Shown: positions 11,001 through 20,999, counted from the first letter of the stretch. The stretch: 64,000 nt of DNA from Ignavibacteria bacterium (GCA_012518115.1 JAAYTD010000005.1:155-64154); one strand, 5' to 3'. Numbers and translations are program-made. Notes: generated by a model from the sequence alone, not told the origin.

Positions 11001-11294
11001 AGAAATAATCTGGATCTAAGACTTACTCAAGATATAAAATTCTTTGGCTATAAAATGCAAATCACCTTAGATGCAATTAATTTCTTAAACCTAATGAACA
11101 AAGAATGGGGCAGAATTAAATATGTACCTTATGGTAGCTACTCATTATTTACTTTCAAAGGTTATGACCAAGAAACAGGAAAAATTAATGCAGGATATAC
11201 ACCGAAAAAAGGAGCAAACAGCGATGATATTTTCTCCGTTGATGACTTAGGCTCAAGATGGCAATTACAATTAGGATTGAGATTCACATTCTAA
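8091..11294 (+). CDS. Oar-like TonB-dependent outer-membrane receptor with N-terminal carboxypeptidase-regulatory-like domain
   Basis: Signal peptide; ISGFV...LISATV...G.Y.I.GLKVGGPY domain; plug NNITIDGA...QPISLDAIEQFQVSISPFD..GGFTGG.INAISKSGTN; terminal QLGLRFTF. Confidence 0.88.
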   Translation: MYNKIIYNKIIVTTFMFFALCMTAFSQANTTASISGFVKNTDGNPLISATVRVEHLPTGTKSGAITGRTGKYNILGLKVGGPYKVMISMVGYEAQTFEDVFLSLNEALTLNVSLKEQATMIDPVVVEVTKNDIISSDKTGATYKISEIDIDNLPTIARSIHDYSRLSPLIVSSSSDGSNVAGRNTRYNNITIDGAVINDAFGLASSGGAFGGTAGTQPISLDAIEQFQVSISPFDIKEGGFTGGLINAISKSGTNNLTGSVYYFGRNKNFIGNNPVSDLPYPDFNESQIGARVGGPVIKNKLFYFANFEMGLRSEPYVIGLLGSNEANIFSISADSLRIIRDAVINKYGYDPGSYDDYTKKINNYKLFLKFDYNINDKNRLTLRHNFVTGDQGNAVSRSRSTFSYANQEYKFNSVLNQTVMQLNSVITPQLVNELKMSYTAVREHRDPLSSPFPSVTLRNMGQDGKGLITFGIDRFSQANALDQDLFEFTDNLFYFLGNHVLTLGTSNQMVSSNNLFLQDYYGAWEFSADANGSSLDNFLAGKASRYMLSYANTAATDGELKPRANMRYFQWGFYAQDEWSVLENLKLTAGFRVDLFSFTKKPLENSQFAAPHNWYGMDAGSVLNTSVIPNPISYSPRIGFNWDVNNDKQIQLRGGVGLFSGRTPGVWISNQFSSTGVDVLRIDERNTQYTFTPDVNNQPRPDNPKAQTTEINITDPNLKMPQILRGNLGFDYQLPLGFVLTLEALYGKTIYDIEYQNINLQYAKNDDGTIATTIDGRNLYSKEQVDKSFTRVIYMKNTTQGNQLNLVAQIQKPYGQGILPNLSANLAYTFSKVEDVNPLTSSRAVSNWQYNVGLDPNASELTRSSYEVPHKIMANISYTFDYSKNFATTIGIYYEGRSGLPFSMVYVEDANGDNIYGNDLIYIPTGASDPKFNLITNNWDELNALIDDFDYLKNNRGKIMEKNSLNTPWRNNLDLRLTQDIKFFGYKMQITLDAINFLNLMNKEWGRIKYVPYGSYSLFTFKGYDQETGKINAGYTPKKGANSDDIFSVDDLGSRWQLQLGLRFTF

Positions 11295-11325
11295 TTAGAA
11301 GCAAATAAATACATTAAAATACGAT

Positions 11326-11367
11326 TCAGAGGGACAAATCCATTGGTGCTGTCTCTCTGATTTTTTT
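11326..11367. terminator. Terminator between convergent receptor and menA
   Basis: TCAGAGGGACA...TGTCTCTCTGA hairpin plus T7. Confidence 0.7.
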
Positions 11368-11390
11368 ATTCTATAAAATTTAATATTTAC

Positions 11391-12293
11391 CTACACTAAA
11401 CCGCCCGCAAACGTGCCGATAACCTGTAGCATAACAAAAACCATTACTAGCTGAGCCGAAGCTTCATCCATCTGCTTTATATTTTCAAGTTTATCTATGT
11501 CCGCACTTTGCATTTGCTTTATTGCTTTCAATAGTAACGGAAATGAAAGGAACACAATTAAAGTTAGCCAGTGTTGAATGCCGATTAACACCGTTACCAA
11601 CACTAGCAGATAAGCTCCTAACCCCAAAACAGTATAATATCTTATAGAGCCTTTAACACCCATTAGCATAGCCATTGTTTTGATGTTAGCTACTTTGTCG
11701 TTTTTGATATCGCGTGTGTTGTTGGCGTGCAAGACATTTACAATAAGTAACCCCGGTGCCGCTGCAACCAGCAGAATTTCCCAACTCAGCATATTTGTCA
11801 TTACCAAATAAGTTCCTAACGAAATCAATTGTCCGTAGATAACAAAAATTGTCAAATCTCCCAATGCTTTATATTTGAAAAAGAAATAAAAATAAGAGCC
11901 AAAAACGCCTATCAACCCAATCCAAAGTAAATGAAACGATGTATTAAACAGCAAATAAAGCCCGATTAAATTACCGACAACCATACAAATAATGCCGAAC
12001 CAAAACACCTCTTTTGTAGTAAAAATTTTATCAACTAACATTGGACTTGAACCGTATGTTCCTTTTCTGTCCACATTGTTTTTGTAGTCGTAATAGTCGC
12101 TTATTAAGTTGCCACCCGACTGCAAAATAGGTGCTGCCAAAGCTGCTAAAATTCCATACCACCAATTGACCGTTATAGACTCCGTGCTACTTCGATAAAA
12201 CGCATAAGCAATAGCCAACACTGCCGGCATAAAAGAAAGCACATGTCCCCAAGTACGTGTCAAAATTATCCAGTCTTTTATAGTGTGTTTCAT
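11391..12293 (-). CDS. menA: 1,4-dihydroxy-2-naphthoate octaprenyltransferase (UbiA family)
   Basis: N..SDYYDYKNNVD and ANNTRDIKNDK..NIKT motifs; about 8 TM helices. Confidence 0.85.
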   Translation of the reverse strand: MKHTIKDWIILTRTWGHVLSFMPAVLAIAYAFYRSSTESITVNWWYGILAALAAPILQSGGNLISDYYDYKNNVDRKGTYGSSPMLVDKIFTTKEVFWFGIICMVVGNLIGLYLLFNTSFHLLWIGLIGVFGSYFYFFFKYKALGDLTIFVIYGQLISLGTYLVMTNMLSWEILLVAAAPGLLIVNVLHANNTRDIKNDKVANIKTMAMLMGVKGSIRYYTVLGLGAYLLVLVTVLIGIQHWLTLIVFLSFPLLLKAIKQMQSADIDKLENIKQMDEASAQLVMVFVMLQVIGTFAGGLV

Positions 12294-12343
12294 TCTGAAT
12301 TTTATTTACTAACCTTAATTATAATTTTGAATATTTTTTATTA

Positions 12344-12394
12344 ACTACCCCGTCAAACTAGCGCCTGCTACCCATTTTCACCGAAGGAGAATTT
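12344..12394 (-). repeat. Degenerate REP-like palindromic element (family A)
   Basis: Reverse complement AAATTCTCCTT...TTTGACGGGGTAGT matches the ends of other copies. Confidence 0.6.
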
Positions 12395-12530
12395 AGATAA
12401 TTCAATTGGCAATGTACCTAAAAAAAGTTGCAAAAGAAGAATACATATAAGTAGCTTCTACACATTAAAAAAACAGCTGCAATCCCAATAGGAAAGCAAC
12501 TGTTTCTAAATAATTAAATAACTATTTGAA

Positions 12531-13094
12531 TTACTCTTTCGTCATCTTGTTTAATTTACGGAGTTTGAATGAATAATAAATTGTATAAGCTCCAATAACA
12601 AGAAATGCAAGTGCTGTCCACACTACTACGCTGAATCCTGCAAATATAGGATTCCAGAGTAAAATAAAAGCAAGTATTAAGCCTAACACGGCATTCAACA
12701 TTAGAGTTCCCCAATCTAAAATACCGTATTGTTTCATCTCATATGCAGAAACAATTCCTGATATGGAGCGGAAAAGTAGGGTAAAACCTACATAATATGA
12801 CAAGGTAACCATCGTTGTCGAGGGATTGAGCAGGAGTAATATACTCACTACAATACTCAACACACCCAAAGCCAACGACCAACCCCAATTTTGATGTTTG
12901 TTAGATAGAGCAAACCCCACCTCAGCTATTCCGCTAAAAAGAAATCCGATAGCAAATACCAATGACAAAGCGACGTATGCAGTTAGCGGAGTAGCAAAAG
13001 TCCAAATACCTAAAACTACCAATACTATTCCCGCAATAAGTAGCAAATACCAGCGCTTTATACTCTTTTCTACTTTCTTGAATAATTTTTCCAT
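12531..13094 (-). CDS. HdeD/DUF308 family inner-membrane protein
   Basis: Six hydrophobic segments; WYLLLIAGI...GI....P and W...L..G.L repeats typical of DUF308. Confidence 0.8.
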   Translation of the reverse strand: MEKLFKKVEKSIKRWYLLLIAGIVLVVLGIWTFATPLTAYVALSLVFAIGFLFSGIAEVGFALSNKHQNWGWSLALGVLSIVVSILLLLNPSTTMVTLSYYVGFTLLFRSISGIVSAYEMKQYGILDWGTLMLNAVLGLILAFILLWNPIFAGFSVVVWTALAFLVIGAYTIYYSFKLRKLNKMTKE

Positions 13095-13153
13095 AACTAC
13101 GTTAGTTTCCTATAATTAATGTAAAAAAATAATTTAATTCCTATTTCTGATTG

Positions 13154-13161
13154 CAAATATA
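13154..13161 (-). promoter_or_regulatory. -7 promoter element (TATATTTG) for hdeD-like gene
   Basis: TAnnTTTG on the minus strand about 60 nt upstream of the start. Confidence 0.5.
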
Positions 13162-13200
13162 ATAATTTTTATTAAAAAAAAAAAACAACTTTTAAAATAA

Positions 13201-13232
13201 AAAAAAACGACCACTATTTTTTTAGTGGTCGG
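13201..13232 (-). terminator. Terminator after tricorn-like protease
   Basis: CGACCACTA-loop-TAGTGGTCG with an A tract on the left. Confidence 0.7.
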
Positions 13233-13266
13233 TTAATTTTACTAGTTGCAATGTAGTAATGCAGTA

Positions 13267-16200
13267 TTATTTTTTTGCATCAATTTCTTTTAGTAGAGCT
13301 TTTACTGCTGCTTCTATTTGTGAGTCTTCGCCCTTTATAGCGCGATCTAAATCAAGCGGAGCTTTAATATCTGGCTCTAAGTCAAAATTCTCTAAATATA
13401 TTCCTTCGGCTGTGCGGTAACCCACCACAGGAATACCAAAATGTAAAGCTGGATCTTGTAATTTAACCCAATTTACGCTTGTCATAGTTCCGGGTACGGG
13501 CATTCCTATCAAGGTACCGATTTTCATTGTTCTATAAACCCAAGGCGTACCGTGAGCGTTAGAATAATCAGCTTCGCACATTAGCATTATGGAAGGTTTA
13601 TTCCAGCGACGCGAAGGCATTTCGCAATAATCTTTGCCACGAATAACCTGTTGCAAATATTTTGTACCTGTAAAGAATGTCTCTATATCTTCGTGCAATC
13701 GTCCACCACCGTTATAGCGAATATCAATCACAATTCCCTCTTTCTGATAGTATTTACCTAAAGCGTCAGCATACATCTTGCGGAAGCTTGCGTCACTCAT
13801 TGAGGCAATATGTACATAGCCAAGTCTGCCACCTGATAGTTTCTCAACTTCTTCAGCTCTATGGCGTAGCCAACGCTCCATAAGCATATTTTGCAATACG
13901 CCTGAGCTAATAGGTTTTATTACCTCTTCCCAGCGGTTACCTGTAGAAGGTGAATAGAGCGAAATGAGCGTATTTTTGCCTGTTTTTCCTGCCAAAAGTT
14001 CGAAGTAATCTCTGAGAGCAACACTATCACCGTCTATTTTTTCGATAATGTCGCCTGCTTTTGCTTTCGATTGAAAATTGTCAAAAGGTGAGTTTAGAAG
14101 TATTTCATCTATACGAATACCTTCATTAGTGTTTGTGTAAAGTATTCCGAGCTCGGCAGTACGTTCGCCCGAAACTGCGGGACGATAACCCGAACCTGTA
14201 TGCGATACGTTCAGTTCGCCAAGCATTTCCGAAAGCATTTCTGCAAAGTCAAAATTATTGTTGATATGAGGTAAAAACTTGCGATAATGTTGTGTCAAAG
14301 CGTCCCAATCCACACCGTGCATATCGGTAACGTAAAAACGCTCTTTTTCCTCTTTATAAACTTGATTGAACATAGCTTCACGCTCAGCATCTAGATCTAT
14401 TTTCATCTCAGCAGAATAGGATATTGGAGTAATTTTTTCACTACCCATATCCATTTTTTGAATTTTCTTGTTACTGAATATAAAGAGAGTTTTACTATCT
14501 TTGTCAAGGCTAAACGAAGCGTAACCGCTGTTGAGTTTAGTTAGTAGTTTAGTAGAACGTTCTTTTAAATCGTAAACCCACATGTCGTAATCTTTTTCTA
14601 CAGCAGAAAGATAGTATAATTTCGTAGCATCTTTATTGATAATAGCGCTACCAAGCTTCGATGAGTTTGGTGTAAGGCGTTCTATGCGTTTATCAATGTT
14701 AGCAAAATCTATCTCAATAGTTTTTTTAGTATCTTTTTCTTCTTTATCTTTTTTGTCATCTTTCTCTTTTGACTTTTTATCGCTTTTTTTCGATGAGCTC
14801 TCTTCGTCTTTCTTTTTAGCTGCTTTCTCTGCATCTGCAAGTATTTCAGCCTCTTCTTTGTTCATTTTGTAGCGATTATATGCTTCTCTATTCAGAAAAG
14901 CAATCATCACATCACCCATAGAACCCCACGAAGCGTGGTTTCGCATTCCATACATTTCAGACTCGAAAAGAATTGCGTTGCCGTCCATCACCCAGCGCGG
15001 TGAGGAGTTGAAATAACCACTATTTGTGATGTTGTAAATTTCACAACCTTTCTCTGCACTTACAATTCCTATGTTAGTGTATGGTCCATGTCCGTTAGAA
15101 ACATACTCTAAAGCAAACCATTTGCCATCGGGTGACCATTCATAAACGATACGTCCGTTTCTGTCGTGCTGGAACGATCCGTCTGTTATTTCGCGTTGTT
15201 GCTTGGTATCAAGATTGTAAACCATAAGTTTTAAACGGTCTTTTACAAAAGCAACTTCTTTGCCGTCGGGCGAAAATTTAGGACATTGCTTTTCGCTCTT
15301 GTCATCTGGTATGAGCTCCTGTTCGTCAATGAGTGTAGCATTTGGGAAATTTGGATCTTCTTTACGAGCAATTTTCGCAGTATAGACGTTCCAATAGCCG
15401 TCTCTATAGCTTGAATATACAAGCGAGCGATTGTCAGAGCCGAAGTCCACATCATCTTCTACAGCTATATCTTTAGAAATTTGCTTTGTAGTAGAATATT
15501 CAGTTGAAGTTACAAACACATTACCTCGCACAGTGAAAGCTACTTGCTTGCCGTCAGGCGAGTTTGAAGCTGATGTTATGCCGCTAGTAAATGTTTTCTT
15601 ACTTATATTGTTTATAGGATTGTCTATCAATGATATGTTTAGCTTGCGAGGCGCGGTTGCTCCGCTCTCCATAACATAAATTTCACCGTCGAAGCCGAAA
15701 CATAGTGTTCCATTTTGAGCTACAGACAAAAACCTTACAGGATGATCTTTGAATGAAGTAATTTGTTTCATCTCCATTGGTCTATCTAGCGGAGAATAAA
15801 AGACGTTGAAGCTACCGCTTTTTTCACTCAAGAAATAGAATCCCTTGCCGTCAGGTGCATATACTGGATCTGTATCCTCGCCGTCTCGTGAAATTAGTAT
15901 TCGGCTTTTGCCTGTACTGAGATCGTATTCCCAAATATCGCGTGTAACGGAAGATGTATGATGTTTACGCCAAGTATTTTCAAAACCTTTCAAGTCTTGA
16001 TATAAAAATTTCTGTCCTGAGCGGTCAAAGTTTATGTTCTGTGCAGCATAAGCAAGAATCATTTCTGGCAATCCGCCCTCTACGGAAACCTTGTAAAGCT
16101 CAGGGAAAATGCCCGGCACTAATGCACTCTCTACAGGATCTTGGTAATGAGCTCCAAATACAATTGACTTGCCGTCGGTAGTAAAAGCGTATGGAGTTTC

Positions 16201-16536
16201 GTTAGCTGAATGTGTTGTAATAAACTTGTCGAAAGCTCCGTTTCTTGACATTAAAGCTATGTCTCTAAGCCCATTGTCGCGATAAGCTACAAATGCGATT
16301 TTCTCGCCGTCGGGCGACCATATCGGTTGGCTAGCAAATTCTGTGTTAGTAGTAAGCCTAATCGCATTGCCACCATTAGAACCTACAAGATAGATATTGC
16401 CCTTATATGAAAAGGCTATTTCTTTGCCGTCGGGAGAAATGCTCGGATAACGCATCCAAAGCGGATTTTCCTCTGCAGCAAAAACAAAAAGAGTCTGAAC
16501 TATAGTCAGATACAAAACTAATAACTTCTTCTTCAT
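13267..16536 (-). CDS. Tricorn-like S41 family peptidase (PD40 beta-propellers, PDZ, S41)
   Basis: RYPSISPDG/WSPDG repeats, LGELNVSH, GYVHI..M, DIRYNGGG, YSNAH, GMPVPGT, EPDI. Confidence 0.92.
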   Translation of the reverse strand: MKKKLLVLYLTIVQTLFVFAAEENPLWMRYPSISPDGKEIAFSYKGNIYLVGSNGGNAIRLTTNTEFASQPIWSPDGEKIAFVAYRDNGLRDIALMSRNGAFDKFITTHSANETPYAFTTDGKSIVFGAHYQDPVESALVPGIFPELYKVSVEGGLPEMILAYAAQNINFDRSGQKFLYQDLKGFENTWRKHHTSSVTRDIWEYDLSTGKSRILISRDGEDTDPVYAPDGKGFYFLSEKSGSFNVFYSPLDRPMEMKQITSFKDHPVRFLSVAQNGTLCFGFDGEIYVMESGATAPRKLNISLIDNPINNISKKTFTSGITSASNSPDGKQVAFTVRGNVFVTSTEYSTTKQISKDIAVEDDVDFGSDNRSLVYSSYRDGYWNVYTAKIARKEDPNFPNATLIDEQELIPDDKSEKQCPKFSPDGKEVAFVKDRLKLMVYNLDTKQQREITDGSFQHDRNGRIVYEWSPDGKWFALEYVSNGHGPYTNIGIVSAEKGCEIYNITNSGYFNSSPRWVMDGNAILFESEMYGMRNHASWGSMGDVMIAFLNREAYNRYKMNKEEAEILADAEKAAKKKDEESSSKKSDKKSKEKDDKKDKEEKDTKKTIEIDFANIDKRIERLTPNSSKLGSAIINKDATKLYYLSAVEKDYDMWVYDLKERSTKLLTKLNSGYASFSLDKDSKTLFIFSNKKIQKMDMGSEKITPISYSAEMKIDLDAEREAMFNQVYKEEKERFYVTDMHGVDWDALTQHYRKFLPHINNNFDFAEMLSEMLGELNVSHTGSGYRPAVSGERTAELGILYTNTNEGIRIDEILLNSPFDNFQSKAKAGDIIEKIDGDSVALRDYFELLAGKTGKNTLISLYSPSTGNRWEEVIKPISSGVLQNMLMERWLRHRAEEVEKLSGGRLGYVHIASMSDASFRKMYADALGKYYQKEGIVIDIRYNGGGRLHEDIETFFTGTKYLQQVIRGKDYCEMPSRRWNKPSIMLMCEADYSNAHGTPWVYRTMKIGTLIGMPVPGTMTSVNWVKLQDPALHFGIPVVGYRTAEGIYLENFDLEPDIKAPLDLDRAIKGEDSQIEAAVKALLKEIDAKK

Positions 16537-16579
16537 TACTTTTTTATGATTTATTTATTTGACTTAAAAAATTGTCTTA

Positions 16580-16587
16580 CAAAGATA
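16580..16587 (-). promoter_or_regulatory. -7 promoter element (TATCTTTG) for S41 peptidase
   Basis: TAnnTTTG on the minus strand 44 nt upstream of the start. Confidence 0.5.
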
Positions 16588-16755
16588 GTGAAAAAATGGC
16601 AATTAATGCTCAAGTTTATTAAATACTTTTCCTTGCAAGCTTTTTAATTGCCATTTCCCAAGCGAACAATCTCGCAGTTTTTTTATTTTAAATCGTAAAT
16701 TTTTCTTCTATAGCTTTCCAATCCTATTAAATTCTACTACTTACTTTAATCTTTT

Positions 16756-17400
16756 CTATTTATATCTATCTAAAATGTTATATATATTTTGTTGCACAGT
16801 TTCTAATTCTAAACTTGCATCAATATGTTCAACTAACTGAAACTTATCGTAATATTCAATAAGTGGTGCGGTTTGTGAGTGATAGATTTCCAATCTATTT
16901 TGTATCACTTCTGCTGTATCATCTATTCTTTGATACAAATCAACATCTTCATTTTCTTTAGGTGGATTAGAAATTAAGTTATAGACCTTGCCTGTTTTTC
17001 TATCAATGCGACGTGCAGAAATTCTATCAACTATATATTTATCTGCCAACTCAAAGACCAAAACGCAATCAATTTTTTCACCTATTTTTTTTAATTTTCT
17101 ATATAAAAAATCGGCTTGCTCAATTGTTCGTGGATATCCATCAAACAGCAATCTAAATTCACCATTTAATTCAAAAAGTTTCATAATTTTTTTTCTTACA
17201 AGCTTATTTATCAGTTTATCGGGAAACAATTTACCTGTTCCCATAATTCTTCGAATTTTTTCTGCTTTAGCGGTATTTTCTTTCATTTTTTCTCGCAAAA
17301 TATCGCCTGTAGAAATTTGGGTTAGCTGATAATTTTTACATATCATTTCTGCTTGTGTACCTTTACCTGAACCAGGAGGTCCTAATAAAATTGTAATCAT
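16756..17400 (-). CDS. adk: Adenylate kinase
   Basis: P-loop GPPGSGKGTQ, ISTGDILR, FDGYPRT..QA, LID without Zn cysteines, QR.DD....RL..Y..QT.PL. Confidence 0.95.
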   Translation of the reverse strand: MITILLGPPGSGKGTQAEMICKNYQLTQISTGDILREKMKENTAKAEKIRRIMGTGKLFPDKLINKLVRKKIMKLFELNGEFRLLFDGYPRTIEQADFLYRKLKKIGEKIDCVLVFELADKYIVDRISARRIDRKTGKVYNLISNPPKENEDVDLYQRIDDTAEVIQNRLEIYHSQTAPLIEYYDKFQLVEHIDASLELETVQQNIYNILDRYK

Positions 17401-17650
17401 TTTAAAATTTTTATTTTTGACGAACTATTTTTACTTATTTTGGTCTATTCATTAATTTTTTTAGTTTTGAGTTACAATAATAATATTTTTTTTCCTAACT
17501 CCCAACAAAAAAAACAAAAAAAGCGATATTTTATTAAATTTTATTTCATTTTTACATTTTTTTTACATAAATTTATAGTTTTGATCTAATACACAATGTC
17601 AAAAAATATTTGTTTTTAAAAACTGTCTTTCATAAAAAGAGGTATTGTTA

Positions 17651-19105
17651 ATGGACGTAAAAGAATTAAATGTAAGATTGTCAAAACTCACTGGTTTGAC
17701 TTTTTCAGGCAAAACTCGCAAAGAAAGTGACTTAATAGGTGATCGCGAAATTCCTAATGAACTTTATTTAGGAGTGCAAACTTTGCGCGCAATTGAAAAT
17801 TTTGATATAAGCAGAACAACATTGCGTGATTTTCCTTATCTTGTACGTGGTTTAGCCGAAGTTAAAAAAGCGGCAGCAATAGCTAATTCAACGCTTGGTT
17901 TATTAGATAAATCTATTTGCGATGCTATTTCAAAAGCTTGTGATGAAATAATTGCAGGTAAACTACATGAAAATTTTGTTGTTGATTTAATTCAAGGCGG
18001 TGCAGGAACTTCGACTAATATGTGTGCTAACGAAGTTATAGCTAATCGTGCTTTAGAAATTTTAGGTAAAGAAAAGGGCGAATACAAATTCTGTAGCCCT
18101 AATGATCATGTAAACTTAGCTCAATCTACAAACGATGCTTATCCGACAGCTTTACATATTGCATTTTTATATTACAACAATGATGTTATTGCAAGTTTAA
18201 AAGAGCTCGTTGCTTCATTCAGAAAAAAATCTGTTGAGTTCAAAGATTTTGTAAAAATGGGACGCACACAATTGCAAGATGCTATTCCTATGACATTAGG
18301 ACAAGAATTTGAAGCTTTTGCAAAAACTTTAGAAATAGAAATCTCGAATTTAGAGTGTGCTGTTTCTTGGTTAAAGTCGGTTAATATGGGAGCTACTGCT
18401 ATAGGAACAGGCTTAAATTGTCATGAAAAATATCCTGAAATTTGCGTAAAAGAATTAGCGAAAATTTCTAACTTAGATCTTAAATTAACTGACAATTTAA
18501 TTGAATCTACTCCTGATACAAGTGGATTTGTATCATATTCGGGAGCATTGAAAAGATTAGCTATAAAAGTATCCAAAATATGTAACGATTTACGCTTGCT
18601 AAGCTCAGGCCCACGTGCTGGTTTAGCAGAAATAAATTTACCAAAGATGCAACCCGGTTCATCTATTATGCCGGGAAAAGTAAATCCTGTTATTCCAGAA
18701 GTTGTAAATCAAGTATGCTTCAAAGTTTTTGGTAACGATACGACTGTTAATTTCGCTGCTGAAGCTGCTCAATTGCAGCTCAATGTAATGGAGCCGATAA
18801 TAGTTGAAAGCATATATGAGTCTATGAACTATTTAATTTCAGCTATGAATACATTAAGAACTCTTTGCATTGACGGAATTACTGCTAATGCAGAACGTTG
18901 CAAAGAAATGGTATTACATAGTATAGGAATTATTACTGCTCTTAATCCACATATCGGATATAAAGCTAGTACTACTATCGCTAAAGAAGCCTTAGAAACT
19001 GGACGCGGAATATATGAACTGATTTTAGAAAAAGGAATTTTAGAAAAATCAAAATTAGACGAAATTTTGAAGCCTGAAAATATGTGTAGCTTCAATATCA
19101 AATAA
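17651..19105 (+). CDS. aspA: Aspartate ammonia-lyase
   Basis: Y.G.QTLRA.ENF, QGGAGTSTNM, STNDAYPT, KMGRTQLQDA, GSSIMPGKVNPV, QLQLNVMEP. Confidence 0.93.
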   Translation: MDVKELNVRLSKLTGLTFSGKTRKESDLIGDREIPNELYLGVQTLRAIENFDISRTTLRDFPYLVRGLAEVKKAAAIANSTLGLLDKSICDAISKACDEIIAGKLHENFVVDLIQGGAGTSTNMCANEVIANRALEILGKEKGEYKFCSPNDHVNLAQSTNDAYPTALHIAFLYYNNDVIASLKELVASFRKKSVEFKDFVKMGRTQLQDAIPMTLGQEFEAFAKTLEIEISNLECAVSWLKSVNMGATAIGTGLNCHEKYPEICVKELAKISNLDLKLTDNLIESTPDTSGFVSYSGALKRLAIKVSKICNDLRLLSSGPRAGLAEINLPKMQPGSSIMPGKVNPVIPEVVNQVCFKVFGNDTTVNFAAEAAQLQLNVMEPIIVESIYESMNYLISAMNTLRTLCIDGITANAERCKEMVLHSIGIITALNPHIGYKASTTIAKEALETGRGIYELILEKGILEKSKLDEILKPENMCSFNIK

Positions 19106-19125
19106 ACAAAATTGAATTATATTTT

Positions 19126-19258
19126 AAAATTCCCATTCCCAGAAGAGGTGGCAAGCGACAGCCTGACGGGGTAGTCGTTTCAACTCCGCTCTACAACCGA
19201 TATGCAAAAAATGAGGGCAGAACACTCTTATTTGCATATTCCACAGGAGGAGAATTTT
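19126..19258 (+). repeat. Composite REP-like element (family A, GTTTCAACTCCGCTC module, family B tail)
   Basis: AAATTCCCATT...GAAGAGGTGGCAAGCGACAGCCTGACGGGGTAGTC. The next module is the reverse complement of 23364-23381. CCACAGGAGGAGAATTT also occurs at 56959-56975. Confidence 0.75.
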
Positions 19259-19267
19259 AAAAAATAT

Positions 19268-19312
19268 GAGAAAACTCCCGTTCTGACAAAAAATCAGTTG
19301 GGAGTTTTTCTC
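19268..19312 (+). terminator. Terminator after aspA
   Basis: GAGAAAACTCCC...TGGGAGTTTTTCTC hairpin. Confidence 0.7.
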
Positions 19313-19376
19313 TTAACTTATCACAAAAAAAAGAATTAATTACTTAACTAAAATATAAACCTTAGATAAAAAAACA

Positions 19377-20744
19377 ATGGAAAACTCAACTCAAAACAAC
19401 ATAAGTATTTCAGAAAACTATCTAACACCTCAACAAATTGTTAAGGAACTAAATAAATATGTTATCGGACAAGATGATGCTAAAAAATCTGTAGCTATTG
19501 CTTTGCGAAATCGTTGGCGCAGACAGCAAGTTACTGAACAAATCAAAGACGAGATTATGCCGAACAACATCATTATGATAGGTCCAACAGGTGTAGGAAA
19601 AACGGAAATTGCACGACGTTTAGCAAATATTGCTGGAGCTCCTTTTGTAAAAGTTGAAGCTACAAAATATACTGAGGTCGGATACGTAGGACGTGATGTT
19701 GAATCTATGATACGCGATTTAACGGATAAAGCTGTAGCTGGAGTACGTGCAGAAGAAACGGAACTAAAGCAAAAAGAAGCAAAAATTGCTGCGGAAAATC
19801 GAATATTAGATATATTGTTACCCGCAAATAAATCTCAAGAAAATGACGAAGAAAACAACGAAGATACACGCGAAAAATTTGCTAAGATGTTAAGAAAGGG
19901 AGTACTTGACGATAGATTAATAGAATTAGATGTTGTTGTTGACAGTATGCCATCTGTGAATATATTGGGACCTATAGGAATGGACGACTTAGGAATGAAC
20001 CTACAGGAAATGTTCAGTGGAATGATGCCGAAAAAAAACAAGAAACGAAAATACAAAGTTTCTGAAGCTTTATCTATTCTACAAAAAGAAGAAGCAGAAA
20101 AATTAATTGATATGGATAGCGTGATAAAAGAAGCTTTAAAAAGAGTAGAAAATACAGGAATTGTATTTATCGATGAAATTGATAAAGTGGTTTCTCGTAG
20201 CGGAAGTGGGAGCGGACCTGAAGTAAGTCGTGAAGGAGTACAAAGAGATCTACTGCCTGTAGTAGAAGGTTGCACAGTAAATACAAAATACGGAAGTGTA
20301 AGAACAGACCATATTTTATTTATCGCATCGGGAGCTTTCCATGTATCTAAACCGTCAGATTTAATACCTGAGTTGCAAGGACGATTCCCAATTCGCGTAG
20401 AACTGAAAAGCTTAACGGAAGAAGATTTTGTAAAAATATTAACAGTACCTGAAAACGCTCTTATTAAACAATATCAAGCATTGGTTAGATCAGAAAATGT
20501 AGAACTGAATTTCGAAGATGATGCCATTAAAGAAATTGCAGCTATAGCAGCTAAAGTTAATGATGAAGTAACAAATATAGGAGCTCGTAGGTTGCATACC
20601 ATACTAACAACTTTACTAGAAGATATTCTATTTGAAATACCTGATACTATTAAAAAGAAAAAAATTACTATAACTGCTGAAAAAGTACATGAAGCTTTAA
20701 GCGAAATATCAAGTAATACTGATTTAAGTAAATTTATATTGTAG
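19377..20744 (+). CDS. hslU: ATP-dependent protease ATPase subunit HslU
   Basis: [75 protein letters not shown]. Confidence 0.97.
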   Translation: MENSTQNNISISENYLTPQQIVKELNKYVIGQDDAKKSVAIALRNRWRRQQVTEQIKDEIMPNNIIMIGPTGVGKTEIARRLANIAGAPFVKVEATKYTEVGYVGRDVESMIRDLTDKAVAGVRAEETELKQKEAKIAAENRILDILLPANKSQENDEENNEDTREKFAKMLRKGVLDDRLIELDVVVDSMPSVNILGPIGMDDLGMNLQEMFSGMMPKKNKKRKYKVSEALSILQKEEAEKLIDMDSVIKEALKRVENTGIVFIDEIDKVVSRSGSGSGPEVSREGVQRDLLPVVEGCTVNTKYGSVRTDHILFIASGAFHVSKPSDLIPELQGRFPIRVELKSLTEEDFVKILTVPENALIKQYQALVRSENVELNFEDDAIKEIAAIAAKVNDEVTNIGARRLHTILTTLLEDILFEIPDTIKKKKITITAEKVHEALSEISSNTDLSKFIL

Positions 20745-20758
20745 AGCCTTAGTTCAAT

Positions 20759-20870
20759 AATTCCCCTTTGGGAACAAATGTCGGAGCGTATTGAATACGC
20801 CCTGCGTAGCCTGACGGGGTAGTCCCACACCTCCCCTGCTTCGCAGGTGCTCCTCTCAAGAGGAGAATTT
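20759..20870 (+). repeat. Composite REP-like element (A with nested GTAG-type palindrome, then B)
   Basis: AATTCCCCTTT..., GAGCGTATTGAATACGCCC, GCCTGACGGGGTAGTC, CCACACCTCCCC...CTCCTCTCAAGAGGAGAATTT. Confidence 0.8.
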
Positions 20871-20999
20871 ATTTAAAAATAGAATAAATTTCACTTTTTT
20901 AGTACTATCTAGTAACTTTTTAAAAGTTTTTTAGTAGAGTTAATTTTAATCTAGGAACAACCTAGAAATAACTTAATAATTAAGGAGACGATAAAAAAA

